Assembly: GCF_035084215.1 (NCBI RefSeq)
Contig: NC_090345.1
Coordinates: 42,718,001-42,782,000, forward strand
Source of the DNA: Heptranchias perlo
Lineage: Eukaryota
Reading direction: 5' to 3'
DNA length: 64,000 nt
In this document: positions 24,956-36,427 of the stretch, piece by piece
Numbering within the stretch: the stretch's first letter is position 1
Layout of the letters: every line of letters begins with the position of its first letter
Made by a program: the position numbers and the translations under genes
Notes under the pieces: generated by a model
Databases searched by the model: none
What the model was told of the DNA's origin: nothing
What the model saw: only the letters and a program-made list of their open reading frames with translations

Positions 24956-25600
24956 CAGGGGGGGGATGGGGGGGATGGGGGGGGATGGGGGGGGATGGGG
25001 GGGGATNNNNNNNNNNNNNNNNNNNNNNNNNNNNNNNNNNNNNNNNNNNNNNNNNNNNNNNNNNNNNNNNNNNNNNNNNNNNNNNNNNNNNNNNNNNNNN
25101 NNNNNNNNNNNNNNNNNNNNNNNNNNNNNNNNNNNNNNNNNNNNNNNNNNNNNNNNNNNNNNNNNNNNNNNNNNNNNNNNNNNNNNNNNNNNNNNNNNNN
25201 NNNNNNNNNNNNNNNNNNNGGATGGGGGGGATGGGATGGGGGGGGGGGATGGGGGGGATGGGGGGGGGGGGGGATGGGGGGGGGGGGATGGGGGATGGGG
25301 GATGGGGGGGATGGATGGGGGGATGGGGGGGATGGATGGGGGGATGGGGGGGGGGGGGATGGGGGGGGGGAGGGTGAGCTAGGATGTGTGGAGAGGGGTG
25401 GAGTATTGTGGGTGGGGTGGGGTGGGGGGTTGTGTGGTGGTGTTTGGTGTGTGTGTGTGTGGGTGGGGTAGGATGTGTGGGTGGGTATTGGGATGTGTGG
25501 GGGTGGGGAGAGGTTGTGTGTGGGGTGGGGGATTGTGTGGTGGTGTGTGTGTGGGTGGGGTAGGATGTGTGGGTGGGTATTGGGATGTGTGGGGGTGGGT
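24956..25600. repeat. G-rich low-complexity tract ((G)nAT repeat, then GT-rich) containing an assembly gap
   Basis: GGGGGATG-type units flank 213 Ns at 25007-25219, followed by degenerate GGATGTGTGGGTGGG units. Confidence 0.97.
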
Positions 25601-26223
25601 ACGGGGGGTGACGCCCCAGTGTCACCGAACGGAAACAAAAAAACATTAAGGCAAGTGCTCTAGGGCACCACAGATACAATAAATAAACAATAACAACAAA
25701 AATAAAACCCAAACTAAATAAATAATAAATGTTATTATGAGCATCAAGGATGCAATCTATACGGTGCCCATCAGTTGCAGAAGGCCTTTGTGTTTAATAA
25801 CATTGGCAGATATTCCATAAGGAGGGGTATGAAAGGGAGGGGTCTGAAAGGGAGGAGGCTTTCTAATTGGGGTTGTTCATGGTGAGTTGGGGAAAGAGAA
25901 AGGAGGGGAGTAGAAGCAGGAAGAAAGCAAGGGAAGAGGAGAAGGAACCAAGCCATCAGAAAAAAAACCCTGGTGCTTCATTTCATTGCTATAGAATCCC
26001 ATGGTACGTTTGAGGCCTTCTGTGACCAGTGGGTAACAGGGTAAAGAGGGGCTAATCGATATCCCACAACAACATTGTGATTTAATTATTATTTGTGTAA
26101 TGTCATGGTTTTATGTATAGTTATTTATTGTTTGTTTATCATATTTTTGGTGTCCTAGGGCACTTGCTGTGATATTTTAATGTCTCCGTCTGGTGACTCT
26201 GCGGCAAAACAGCGTCACCCCTA
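25600..26223. mobile_element. Old foldback/MITE-like element with long imperfect inverted arms
   Basis: Left arm GGGGTGACGC..GTCACCGAACGGA..GCAAGTGCTCTAGGGCACCA..CAGAAGGCCT mirrors right arm AGGCCTTCTG..TGGTGTCCTAGGGCACTTGC..TCCGTCTGGTGAC..GCGTCACCCC. Confidence 0.75.
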
Positions 26224-26402
26224 CAGGTCAATCAAAAAAGGCTATAGAGTCCCACTGTTTGCAAACTGGTGGCTGCATTTGCCTACAAAAATAAAAAATT
26301 TACATAGGCCGCTGCCATTATAGGTTAGGACATAAGAATTTAAAGTGGAAATATAAAAATAAGGATAAAATGTATGATTTTAAAACGGGGACTGAGTTAC
26401 GT

Positions 26403-26905
26403 CTGCATGCACTGGTCTAATTATTCCCTGATCTCTAACCTCACTTCACCTGAAGGCTACATTTGACCATGACTCCCCATATACAACACCACGGGAGATC
26501 AACTGGTATTATATCAAAAATCTTGCAACTGGCTCCTTTATTATAAAATTGCTATGTCCACATTTATAATGGTAACTGCTTATGTGAACTTGTGATGTGA
26601 TAATTACTCCTGTCAGTAATGGCCCTATAGTGCCTCAGTCTTGTGTCTCACAGCTTTTCAGCCCTGTACTGGAGAGAAGCACCAATGCTCTACTTTTTTT
26701 ACAAATTACTATCCATTTTGCTATTTATCTTAACATTAAAAAATTGAAGTGTTATATAAAAATAGGGACAGAATATATGACTTTAAAATGAATTATGTCT
26801 GCACATCCTGATCCAATTATCTCCTGTCCTCTAACCTTGCTTCACCTGAAGACTACACTTGATTTTGACTCCCCGTGTGTAATACCACCATGGATCAACT
26901 AGTAA
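26403..26905. repeat. Two diverged ~105-bp direct repeats (26403-26510 and 26799-26905)
   Basis: Both copies share CTCTAACC..CTTCACCTGAAG.CTACA.TTGA...TGACTCCCC...ACCAC...GATCAACT.GTA. Confidence 0.75.
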
Positions 26906-26999
26906 CTGGAAAAGACAGCATATCCGAATCAGTCAAGATGCTGTGTCTTCCTCCATATCTCTGACAGTCGCCGATCAACAGATGTGATAATTGGTTTAG

Positions 27000-28385
27000 C
27001 AACGAGCTGTGTGTTGGGGCCACTCTTATTTACTACGTACATAAATTATCTCAATCTAGGAATTGCTTGAACAATATTGAACTTTGCCAATGATACCAAG
27101 TTGTGGGGTACAGCAAATTGTGATCTGATTGATGAAAGACTGCAGGATGATATAGGTAGGGCAAGCAGTATGGGCGGACAAGTGGTAGATGTAATGTAGA
27201 AGTAATAGTAGAGGGTGTAAATACACCTTAAATGGTAAAGTTTTTAAATGAAGTGGAGGGACCTTGGAATACAGAGATATGGGTCATTAAAGGTGACAGC
27301 ACAGTAGATAAGTCCATAAAGAAGGCAAACAGAGTCCTTGATTTTATACCTAGCAGCATAAAATACAAAAGCAAGTGATAGGAGCATACAAAAATGATGG
27401 ACAAGAAAAGACCAGCTGTTCCATCTAGCCTACTCCATACAGTCATGATGCCCCATGCATCAAGATACAGACACTCCCTACCCAACTGGAGTTATGTAAT
27501 CTCCAGGGAGAGGCAAAAAAACAGATAGAAACTCAGGCCAATTAGGGAAACAAATCTGGAAACTATGTAATGTTGAACTTGTACAAGACCTTAGTTAGGC
27601 TGCAGTTGGAATATTATGACCAGTTTTGGCACCCCATTATAGGAAGGTTAGAAAAACAATGGCAAAGGTGAACCATTGATTCACTAGAATGTTACCAGGT
27701 ATAAGGGGTTACAGTTATGTGAAAGGCTAAGGTTTTATTCACTGGAGCTGAAAAGGTTAAGAGGTGACCTGATTATGATGGTGTAAATAATAAGATTGTT
27801 TCTCCTGGTTGGTGAGACAGTAACGAGAGGGCACATATTTAAGATAATCACAAAAAGAATTAAAAGGGAGGTGAGAATTTCTTTTTACACAGAGGGTGGT
27901 TGGAGAATTCTTTGTCACAAACCACTGTTGAAGCAGAATCCACAAATTCTTTACAAGAGAACTGGATAGTTGCTTGAAAAAGAGGAATATTAAAGGGTAT
28001 GGAGAACAGGCAGGAAAGTGGGATTAGGCTAGATGGCTCACGTGGAGAAAAGCATCCCTACACAGAAGTGCCGAATGACCTGTTTCTGTGCTGTAATATA
28101 CTGTGATTCTATTATCTCTGTGCCTCTGACATCCCCTTCCTCCAACCTCTCCATAGCTCCAAGATCTCCCTCCATGTCTGGAATACGCTGCTCGAAAGGG
28201 TGGTGGAAGCAGATTCAATCGTGGCTTCCAAAAAGGAATTGGATAAATACTTGAAGGGAAAAGATTTGCAGGACTACGGAAAAAGAGCAGGGGAATGGGA
28301 CTAACTGGATTGCTCTTACAAAGAGCCAGCATGGGCTTGATGGGCCGAATGGCCTCCTTCTGTGCTGTAACCATTCTATGATTCC
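27000..28385 (+). mobile_element. Decayed CR1 fragments
   Basis: FANDTKL-like RT remnant, C-terminal remnants and two CR1 tails. Confidence 0.75.
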
Positions 28386-28444
28386 ATGTCTCTGAAATCC
28401 CCTCCCATTTCCCATTTTCTCCTGGGATGTCACTACCTGCAACC

Positions 28445-29135
28445 TAACAACAACTTGCATTTATATAGTGCCTTTGATGTAGTAAAACTTCCCAAAGTGC
28501 TTCACAGGAGCGATTATCAAACAAAATTTGATACTGAGCTACATACGAAGGTATTAGGACAGGTGACCAAAAGCTTGGTCAAAGAGGTAGGTTTTAAGGA
28601 GCGTCTTAAAGGAGGAGAAAAAGGTAGAGGGGCGGAGAGGTATGGGAAGAAATTCTAGAGTTTGGGCCTAGGCAACTGAAGGCACGGCCGCCATCGGCGG
28701 AGGGATTAAAATCGGGGAAGTGCAAGGAGCACACAGATCTCGGAGGGTTGTAGGGCTGGAGAAGGTTAAAGTTAGGGAGGGGCGAGGCCATGGAAGGATT
28801 TGAACACAAGGATGAGAATTTTAAAATCAAAGCGTTGCTGGATCGGGAGCCAATGTAAGTCAGTGAGCACAGGGGGTGATGGATGAACGGGACTTGGTGC
28901 GAGTTAGGATACGGACAGCAGAGTTTTGGATGAGCTCAAGTTTAAGTAGGGTCTAAGATGGGAGGTCGGCCAGCAGGCCATTGGAATAGTCCACTCTAGC
29001 GGTAACAAAGGCATGGATGAGGGTTTCAGCAGCAGATGAGCTGAGGCTGGGCGGAGATGGACGATGTTGGCGTTGGATATAGGTAAAAGCTCATCTCAGG
29101 GTCAAATAGGATGCCAAGGTTGGGAGGGGTCTGGT
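28445..29135 (-). mobile_element. L2-type LINE 3' end
   Basis: Reverse complement of the 20230-20900 sequence, ending in (TTG)n. Confidence 0.85.
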
Positions 29136-29289
29136 TCAGCCTCAGTCAGTAACCAGGGAGTGGGTGGCTATTTTAAAGCCGATGGTGTATCAAAGAGCCA
29201 ACACCCACACCAGGGATCTAATGGACTCCCTCCTCCACTGCAAACCTCCAGGTGGGTCCATGGAAAAGGACTGTCCCACTGTCCTCGCA

Positions 29290-29522
29290 CGCTCGCGTAG
29301 CATCCTGGGAAATGTAGTCCCGGCAAGTCTCGGCTTCAGGCGAACCCCCGCGAGAGGAACTACAACTCCCAGCGTGCACCGGGGAGAGTGGCCACGCATG
29401 CGCGTTTCCTTGTCAACCTGAAACCGGAAACAGAGTGTGAGAGGGGGAGGCGACAGTGTCCTGGTTTAGTGACAGGAATCCGCTCCCCGCTCCCGGCTCC
29501 CGGCTCTTCTTCCCTCCACATC
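29290..29522 (+). promoter_or_regulatory. UBE2D1 promoter / 5'UTR (CpG island) with two ZNF143-ACTACA motifs, NRF1 and ETS sites
   Basis: GCATCCTGGGAAATGTAGT at 29300-29318 (reverse complement ACTACATTTCCCAGGATGC); ACTACAACTCCCAGCGTGCACCG at 29359-29381; ACGCATGCGCG at 29394-29404; ACCGGAAA at 29423-29430. Confidence 0.8.
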
Positions 29523-29546
29523 ATGGCCAAGAGGCGGATAGAGAAG
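29523..29546 (+). CDS. UBE2D1: UBE2D1 coding exon 1
   Basis: atcATGG Kozak context; ATG GCC AAG AGG CGG ATA GAG AAG|gtaagg = MAKRRIEK. The 24-nt phase-0 first coding exon is typical of UBE2D genes and lies in a CpG island. Confidence 0.9.
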
Positions 29547-31749
29547 GTAAGGGTCGCCCCGCATCAACCTTCACCTGGTCACGGAGCGCGGGCCCGGCTC
29601 TGGGCCTCGGCCTCGAGTTGGCCGCTCAGCGGACAGAAGGGACACATCCGCCGGCCGCGGTCCGCGCTCTCATCGTTGAGGGTGGCGGCGGGGGGGTATG
29701 AAGGCTCTCTGTGTATTGTTCTCGGTGCTCGAGTGTTTCGGCCTCCATCGCCACCCCGTCCTGCTCATGAGCCCGAGGCCCGCGGGCGGCCGAGTGTGAA
29801 CCTCAGGAGCCGGGTTGAAAGGTTTTATTGCGACGCAGGGGGATAATGAGCCGCGTCCGGCGGATCTCACAAAGGGGCCGGGGCAGCTGGCGCCTGGTAT
29901 GCGGGGGGCCTCGGGTTAAAGTATGAGGCCTCTCCAGGCCAACCGTCCCTTGAATTGGGTATGAATTGCGCCTGGAGAGTTATTTTAAAATGGTCCACGT
30001 TTTTATTTCCATCGATCCGGGAGAAGCACCGTCCCGAAACCGTGTCACCGGTTCCTGCCACAAACACCACCCTCTCCTGACACCCTTTACCAAGCCCACA
30101 GGAAATGTTGCTCATGATTATTATTCACCCAGAATAAAACCTTTCCCAGATTGAGGACAACAGAACTGTTTCTGCGTCCAACTCAAGGATAGGAAAAGTT
30201 TTCCCTTTCCCTCCCCTCCCCTCCATGGGTGCAGTGGGTCATGAACTTTTTTCATTCTCCTGATCACTTTCTCCTCAGACACTTGCCAACATGTGAGAGA
30301 AGATTATGGGCAGCTTGAAATTGGATTTTTTTTTGGGGGGGGGGGGGAAAGAAAAACTGAAAGGGTGTTTTGTGTTCGAACCAGTGTATGAAATGTTATA
30401 CAGTGAAGGTGCTCACTGTGGTGATTGCTGTGATGCCAAGTTTGATGAGGCTGCATTTGAAGTGTAAAGACTGTGTCATGTTGAAGGAGCAATATTCCTT
30501 AATGGGTGGCAAAATTAGTAACATTTCCATTTCTGCTGCCAACAACCTGATGCAGATTTTAAGATTATGAAATGAACTGCCATGTTGCTCCTGTTACCTT
30601 GTCTAGGTCACTGTTTAAACGTGAGTGTGTTGCTGCTTGTTTTCACTCGCGACCTAATCCCACTCTGCAGACAGCACTAGTACTGTCAGATGTCATGGGC
30701 TGGAGGTGCACCAGGCTATTATAAGATCTACCCCCCCAAAAAAAATCAATGTGCCAGAGCAGTGAGGATAAATTTTACTATTTGGGAAAACAAAATCGAA
30801 ATATAGTTTCTTTGAGAAACATCTGGCCATATCACTGGACTGCTGATGCTCTTTTGTCATTGTGGAAACCACATTAGAATGCAACTTAAGGAAGAATTGA
30901 GCTGTGAGAAAAAAGCTGATTTCTTAACTTGTTGAAGTGCTAGCATTTCTTAGCACTTTTCACTCTACAAAAGTATACCTTTCAGTACATTAAACTACAA
31001 CTGGTGGTTTCACAGACCTAATATTGCTTATGGGAGAGATGCGTTACCATCGTTTGGGAAATCATGTGATCTGAATATTCTGCATTCTAATGTTCATTTG
31101 CTTTTGTAACCTGTAACTTTTCACAATCATTTCAGAGATGCTACGCTTGTTGCATGATGTCAGTATTAGTCTGTTTCAATTTGAAGTCATCCTGAAGGTT
31201 GTAGGTTCAGGCCCCACTCCAGGACTGCCAGGTCAAGAGGACAGTAGAGTGAGCAGAGGGAATTTGGCCTGAACTGGAATGAGTACATTATACCAGCAAG
31301 AGGCATTTGAGTTATGAGAAAGCATCAGAATGAGCTCGAGGGAGTTTTACTCGAGGACATAGATTTAAGCTGATTGGCAGAAGGATTAGAGGGGACATGA
31401 GGAAAAGCTTTTTTTAACCTAGAGGGTGGTGGGTGTTTGGAATTCGCTGCCCAAGTTGGTGGTAGAGGCAGGGACCCTCAACTCTTTTATAAAAAAAAAT
31501 ACCTGGACCTGCACCTAAAGTGATGTAAGCTGCAGGGCTACGGACCGGGTGCTGGAAGGTGCGATTAGAATGGGCACCTGGTTGTTCTTCGAGCCGGTGC
31601 AGACACGATGGGTGAATGGCCCCCTTCTGTGCTGTATCTTTTCTATGGTTCTATGGGACGTTGATTCGGAGTTGGCACAAAACTACTTTATTTTTGTTCC
31701 TGGGTACATTTAGTGTGGCGGGGCAGTGGAAATGAGTAATGTGTGGAAC

Positions 31750-34560
31750 GTACATGCTGTGAGAATTTCTGGAACCCATGAATGTCCAGGAAAACCACAG
31801 ATGCAAGCAGTGTCTCCAGGTAGACTTGCTCAAGCTCGAAATTGCTCACTTTAAGAAATGGTTAGAAACAGTCCACACTACGTGGCAGGAGGAACACACA
31901 CTATGAATTTTGTCACTGCACATCTAGAGAGGAATAGTGAGTGTGAGAGAAAGATATCTGAGTGACCATCCCCCATGGGGAGTGCAGGATTGGCGTTGGG
32001 GTAGTGCAAAAAACGCTGACTGGTCTGAAGTTGTCTGATGGCTATACAATGCTGCAGGTGGGAGGAATTGCAACCAATATCATGGTTCTGTGGACCAAGT
32101 AGTCATCCAGATGAGAAGTAATGCTGTCATAAAAAGGCAAGCAGTAGTTATAGGGAATTCTATTATTAGAAGGATAAATAGCTTTTTCTGCAGCTGTAAC
32201 CAGGATCCCCATATGGTTTTTTCCCTTCCAATGTCATGGTAAGGGATGTAGTGGAGTGAGTGGAGAATATTCTGGAAGGTGGTGATTGGTGGGTTTGGGG
32301 GCGGGCGCGCGCGGGTGGAGTGATCAATTTCAGCTTGAGGTTCTCTTTGGAACCAGTGGTCTAGGGAAGTGCAGAATACAGATCATCCAAAAAGAGTTTG
32401 ATGGTTTGGACATTAGCGAAGAAAAGGACCTGCAGGGTAGTAATCTCAGGATTTCTCCCACTAGGCCGGTTTGAGAGAAGCAGGTTGGACACCAATTGCC
32501 AGATGTGGAAGGGATGGTTTCAGATTTCTGGGGTGGGGAAGCTCTATAGATGAGATGGGTTTCACAAAGCCAAACTGGTGCCCATAACCTGGCAGAAAAT
32601 GTAAATAGGGCTGATTTAAACTCGTACAAGATGGAGATGAACAAGTCATGGAGCAAGTTTGGGAGGGGTTATGGGGCACAGTTGTCTAAAATAGTAAGTT
32701 TAAGGGACGTATGGAGAGATGTAGCTTAGGGCAGATAGAGAGGTTAAAGAAAAAGATAGTGAAGGAAAAAATAAGGTAGACGGTCAAAGGGTTCTGACTG
32801 GAGGACTTGATTGCACAGTGTTCAGTTCCATGCGCAACCCCTCAGATAATGAAGCAGTCCGAGCCCGCATGCAGCAAGACCTGGACAACATCTAGGTTTG
32901 GGCTGAAAGTGGCAAGTAACATTCGCGCCAGACATGTGCCAGGCAATGACCATCTCCAACGAGAGTCTAACCACCTCCCCTTGACATTAAACGGCATTAC
33001 CATCCCCGAATCCCCCACCATCAACATCCTGGGGATCACCATTGACCAGAAACTTAACTGGACCAGCCACATAAATACTGTGGCTACAAGAGCAGGTCAG
33101 AGGCTGGGTATTCTGTAGTGTGTGACTCATCTCCTGACTCCCCAAAGCCTTTCCACCATCCACAAGGCACAAGTCAGGAGTGTGATGGCATGCTCTCCAC
33201 TTGCCTGGATGAGTGCAGCTCCAACAACACTCAAGAAGCTCAACACCATTCAGGACAAAGCAGCCCGCTTGATTGGCACCCCATCCACCACCCTAAACAT
33301 TCACTCCCTTCACCAGCGCACCGCAGCTGCAGTGTGAACCATCTACAGGATGCACTGCAGCACCTCCCAAACCCGCGACCTCTACCACCTAGAAGGACAA
33401 GGGCAGCAGGCACATGGGAACAACACCACCTGCACGTTCGCCTCCAAGTCACACACCATCCCGACTTGGAAATATATCGCCGTTCCTTCATTGTCACTGG
33501 GTTAAAACCCTGGAACTCCCTACCTAACAGCACTGTGGGAGAACCTTCACCATGCGGACTGCAGCGGTTCAAGAAGGCGGCTCACCACCACCTTCTCAAG
33601 GGCCATTAGGGATGGGCAATAAATGCTGGCCTTGCCAGCAATGTCCACATCCCATGAATTAATAAAAAATACTTGACTGTCTTATGATAGGCTGAGATGA
33701 GACATTAGTTTGAGGTCGAAATAGGGAAGGGTTCGTGTTACCAAAAGAAATCCAACAAAGATGCAGAGTTCTGGGTAGCAAAGCAGAACAAGAAAGCAAC
33801 CTGAAGGTAGGAGTGAGTACGCTTGGAGAACAGTGACCTTAACTAATTAGATTCATATTGAAAATAGAAAATAGATAAAGAAAGAGGAGTCAAAGATAAA
33901 AATGTTGGACTGGCAATTAGTTAGTTTTATTGGAGTGAAATGGGACCTGGCCCAGATTATCTCATTTTTTAAAAAAAGGGCAAATCAAACAGTGGACCAA
34001 CAGTGGGAGATGTTTAAATACAGCACATGGATATGGTACAGGTTAAATACATTCTGAGTTCAAGTAAGGGGGTTGCATAAGCTGGGATTCTACAGATAAA
34101 AAGGGAGCTTAGACCAAAATTTAAGTTTTTTTTTCTAAAGAGGCATTTGATAAACCTTATAAAGATGGAGTATGAAAGAAGACTGGCAGTCAACTTGACA
34201 AGGGTTTTTATAAACACGTAAGCAAAAGGATAGTCAAAGGATGGGACCATATAGAGACAAAGGGGCCACCTTGTTTTTGACAGGGATTGCCAGAGATGCT
34301 TAATAAGTATTCTGTCTCAGCTTTTACAGTGGAAGTTGAAAGTTGAACTGTAAGAGTACCTGACGTGGAAGAGCCCCGACTGGCGATAAATGTTCAAAAA
34401 TAAAATATTAAAGCTTATGTGACTGCTGGTAGAAAAATCATCTGTTGAGATGGTATGCATCCCAGATCACTGAAGATGCTGATAGAGGTACTAACCATAA
34501 TTTTATTAAAAACTTTTGCAAAGGACTGAAGGGTGCAGTAGGTTTGTGGCCTTCTAAGGC
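31750..34560 (+). mobile_element. Old CR1 remnant including the ORF1 esterase region, interrupted by a younger LINE
   Basis: AVVIGNSIIRRINSFFC (GDSL/SGNH-like ORF1 motif) at ~32140-32190; decayed ORF2-like sequence at ~33990-34550. Confidence 0.55.
32805..33670 (+). mobile_element. Non-LTR retrotransposon 3' end (HER1/CR1-clade-like)
   Basis: INILGITIDQKLNWTSHI and LSTIHKAQVRSVM..SPLAW RT C-terminal motifs; tail TAGGGATGGGCAATAAATGCTGGCC. Tail-only copies at ~46575-46650 (-) and ~47580-47775 (+). Confidence 0.85.
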
Positions 34561-35726
34561 TGGGTTCCGGGGATGTTGGAGCAGAATAGAGAGCTTTACT
34601 CTGTATCTGTGAATGCGTGATCCCAAGTAAATGTGTTCCATTCCGCAGACTGACATTCATTACCTTAATTGAGCACAAATTTCACCAAAAATATAAACTC
34701 TCTTCTCCTAAGATGTCTTCGCTCATGATAGTAACCATCAGTTATATTGTATGTCCCATTTGTGGAGATGTTTAAGCCACGAGACGTTTTCTATCCACAG
34801 CACTTCAGATATAGATGGCCCAGTAGAATGTCATTATTTGAATGGCAGTTTTTTTTTTAAGTCACTCGCGTGTAAAGTATTTTTTGTTTTACATTATAGA
34901 AGATGTAAATTTTTACATCATAGATGTAAACTTTTATAAAAAGATTATGAAATATTATAAATCCAAGTGTACATTGTTAAACACTTCTTTATCAAAGTCC
35001 TAGATTGCAGTAATGTTTAATTTTGGAAATCCTATTACAGTTTGTAAAGGACTAATATCTATTTATCAATCTCTATTGTATATAATTGTATTTAGTGCAC
35101 TTTCCTGTAATGCTGAATCAAAGTCAATTTGGCTGGCCGAGGCAAATTTATTCTAGGTGTATCTTTGCACCTAATTGGGTTATTAGAACATGATTGACAC
35201 TTTATCAATAGCTACAGCAACTGTAAGTGCAACAAAATAAATGAAAAGCCAAAAACTGCAATCGCTGGAACCACATTAGCAGATCAGCCAGCTTACATGG
35301 AGAGAACAGGTGGGTCGATGTTTTTGGCCAGGTCCTCCTTCAGAACTTCACAAAGAAGCATTTTAATAAAATCAGGGCGGGGAGGAGGAGAAGAAAAAAA
35401 GCCAGCAAACAGATGCTAAAAGAACAATGTTAGATAATGTCAAAGGACTTCTCCAGACAATGGAAAGAAGTATAAATGAAATTGAAGATGTTAAACAGAG
35501 AATATGTGAATAGCTAAAGCAGTGAGAGGCCCTCCTGGGGAAAAAGGTCGAGAAAATGGGACAAATTGGTAACACACACAGTTTTTAAAACCACTATACT
35601 TAACGCACTGTTCGTCAACAAGCATGGCTCCCCATAACTTTTTGCCCAAGCCCCCAGTCACTGCCCTGGCTTCCTCAGTGTTCTGAATTGCATCCTCCCA
35701 TACCTTCCCAGCCCTTTGTAGCACCA

Positions 35727-36427
35727 AATCAAAAGCAAAATACTGCAGATGCTGGAAATCTGAAATAAAAACAGAACATGCTGGAAATACTCAGCAAGTC
35801 AGGCAGCATCTGTGGAGAAAGAAACAGAGTTAACATTTCGGGATGATGACCCTTTGTCAGAATTGGAAGAAGTTGAAGATAAAACAGTTCTAAGTAACAG
35901 AGCCAGGCAAAGTTGGGTGGGTGGGTAGGAAGGAAGGAACAAAGGGGAAGGTCTGTGTAAGGTGAAGGGCAGGATTGATTAAATGACAACAGGGATGATG
36001 GTGCAAGGCAAGGAGGGTGGTAAAGAAACAAAAGATGAGTCTAAAGGAGCTGTAAATGGCAACAGCAGCACCATTTCCAGCTCCCATTTTTCAGACAGCA
36101 GGTGCTGGTAGTGGTTCTGATAACTGTTACAGCTCCTCTATACCTATATTTTGTTTATTTACATGTCCCATTACCACGCTCCTTGCCTTGCACCGTCATC
36201 CCTTTTGTCATTTAATCACTCATGCCCTCTATCTTATCACAGAGCTTCCCTTTTATTCTTTCCTCCCCTCCTTTGCCTGGCTCTGTTACTTGCTTTAAAA
36301 CTTTTATCTTCAACTTCTTTCAGTTCTGACAAAGGGTCATCGACCTGAAACGTTAGCTCTGTTTCATTCTCCACAGATGCTTCCTGACTTGCTGAGTGTT
36401 TGCAGCATTTTCTGTTTTTATTACCCC
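35727..36427. mobile_element. Inverted pair of Penelope-like element ends with a 10-bp flanking direct repeat
   Basis: 35764-36075 is the reverse complement of 36110-36422; TGTAGCACCA at 35717-35726 and 36428-36437; hammerhead-like CTGACAA-stem-GAAA in each arm. Confidence 0.75.

Noticed and set aside
24894-25712. Gly-rich and Pro/His-rich ORFs
   Set aside because: Low-complexity G tract plus an N gap; not coding.
29388-29846. 152-aa ORF over the UBE2D1 CpG island (similar ORFs at 24358-24849 and 53932-54430)
   Set aside because: Stop-poor GC-rich sequence reading through real donors; only the short first exons are supported.
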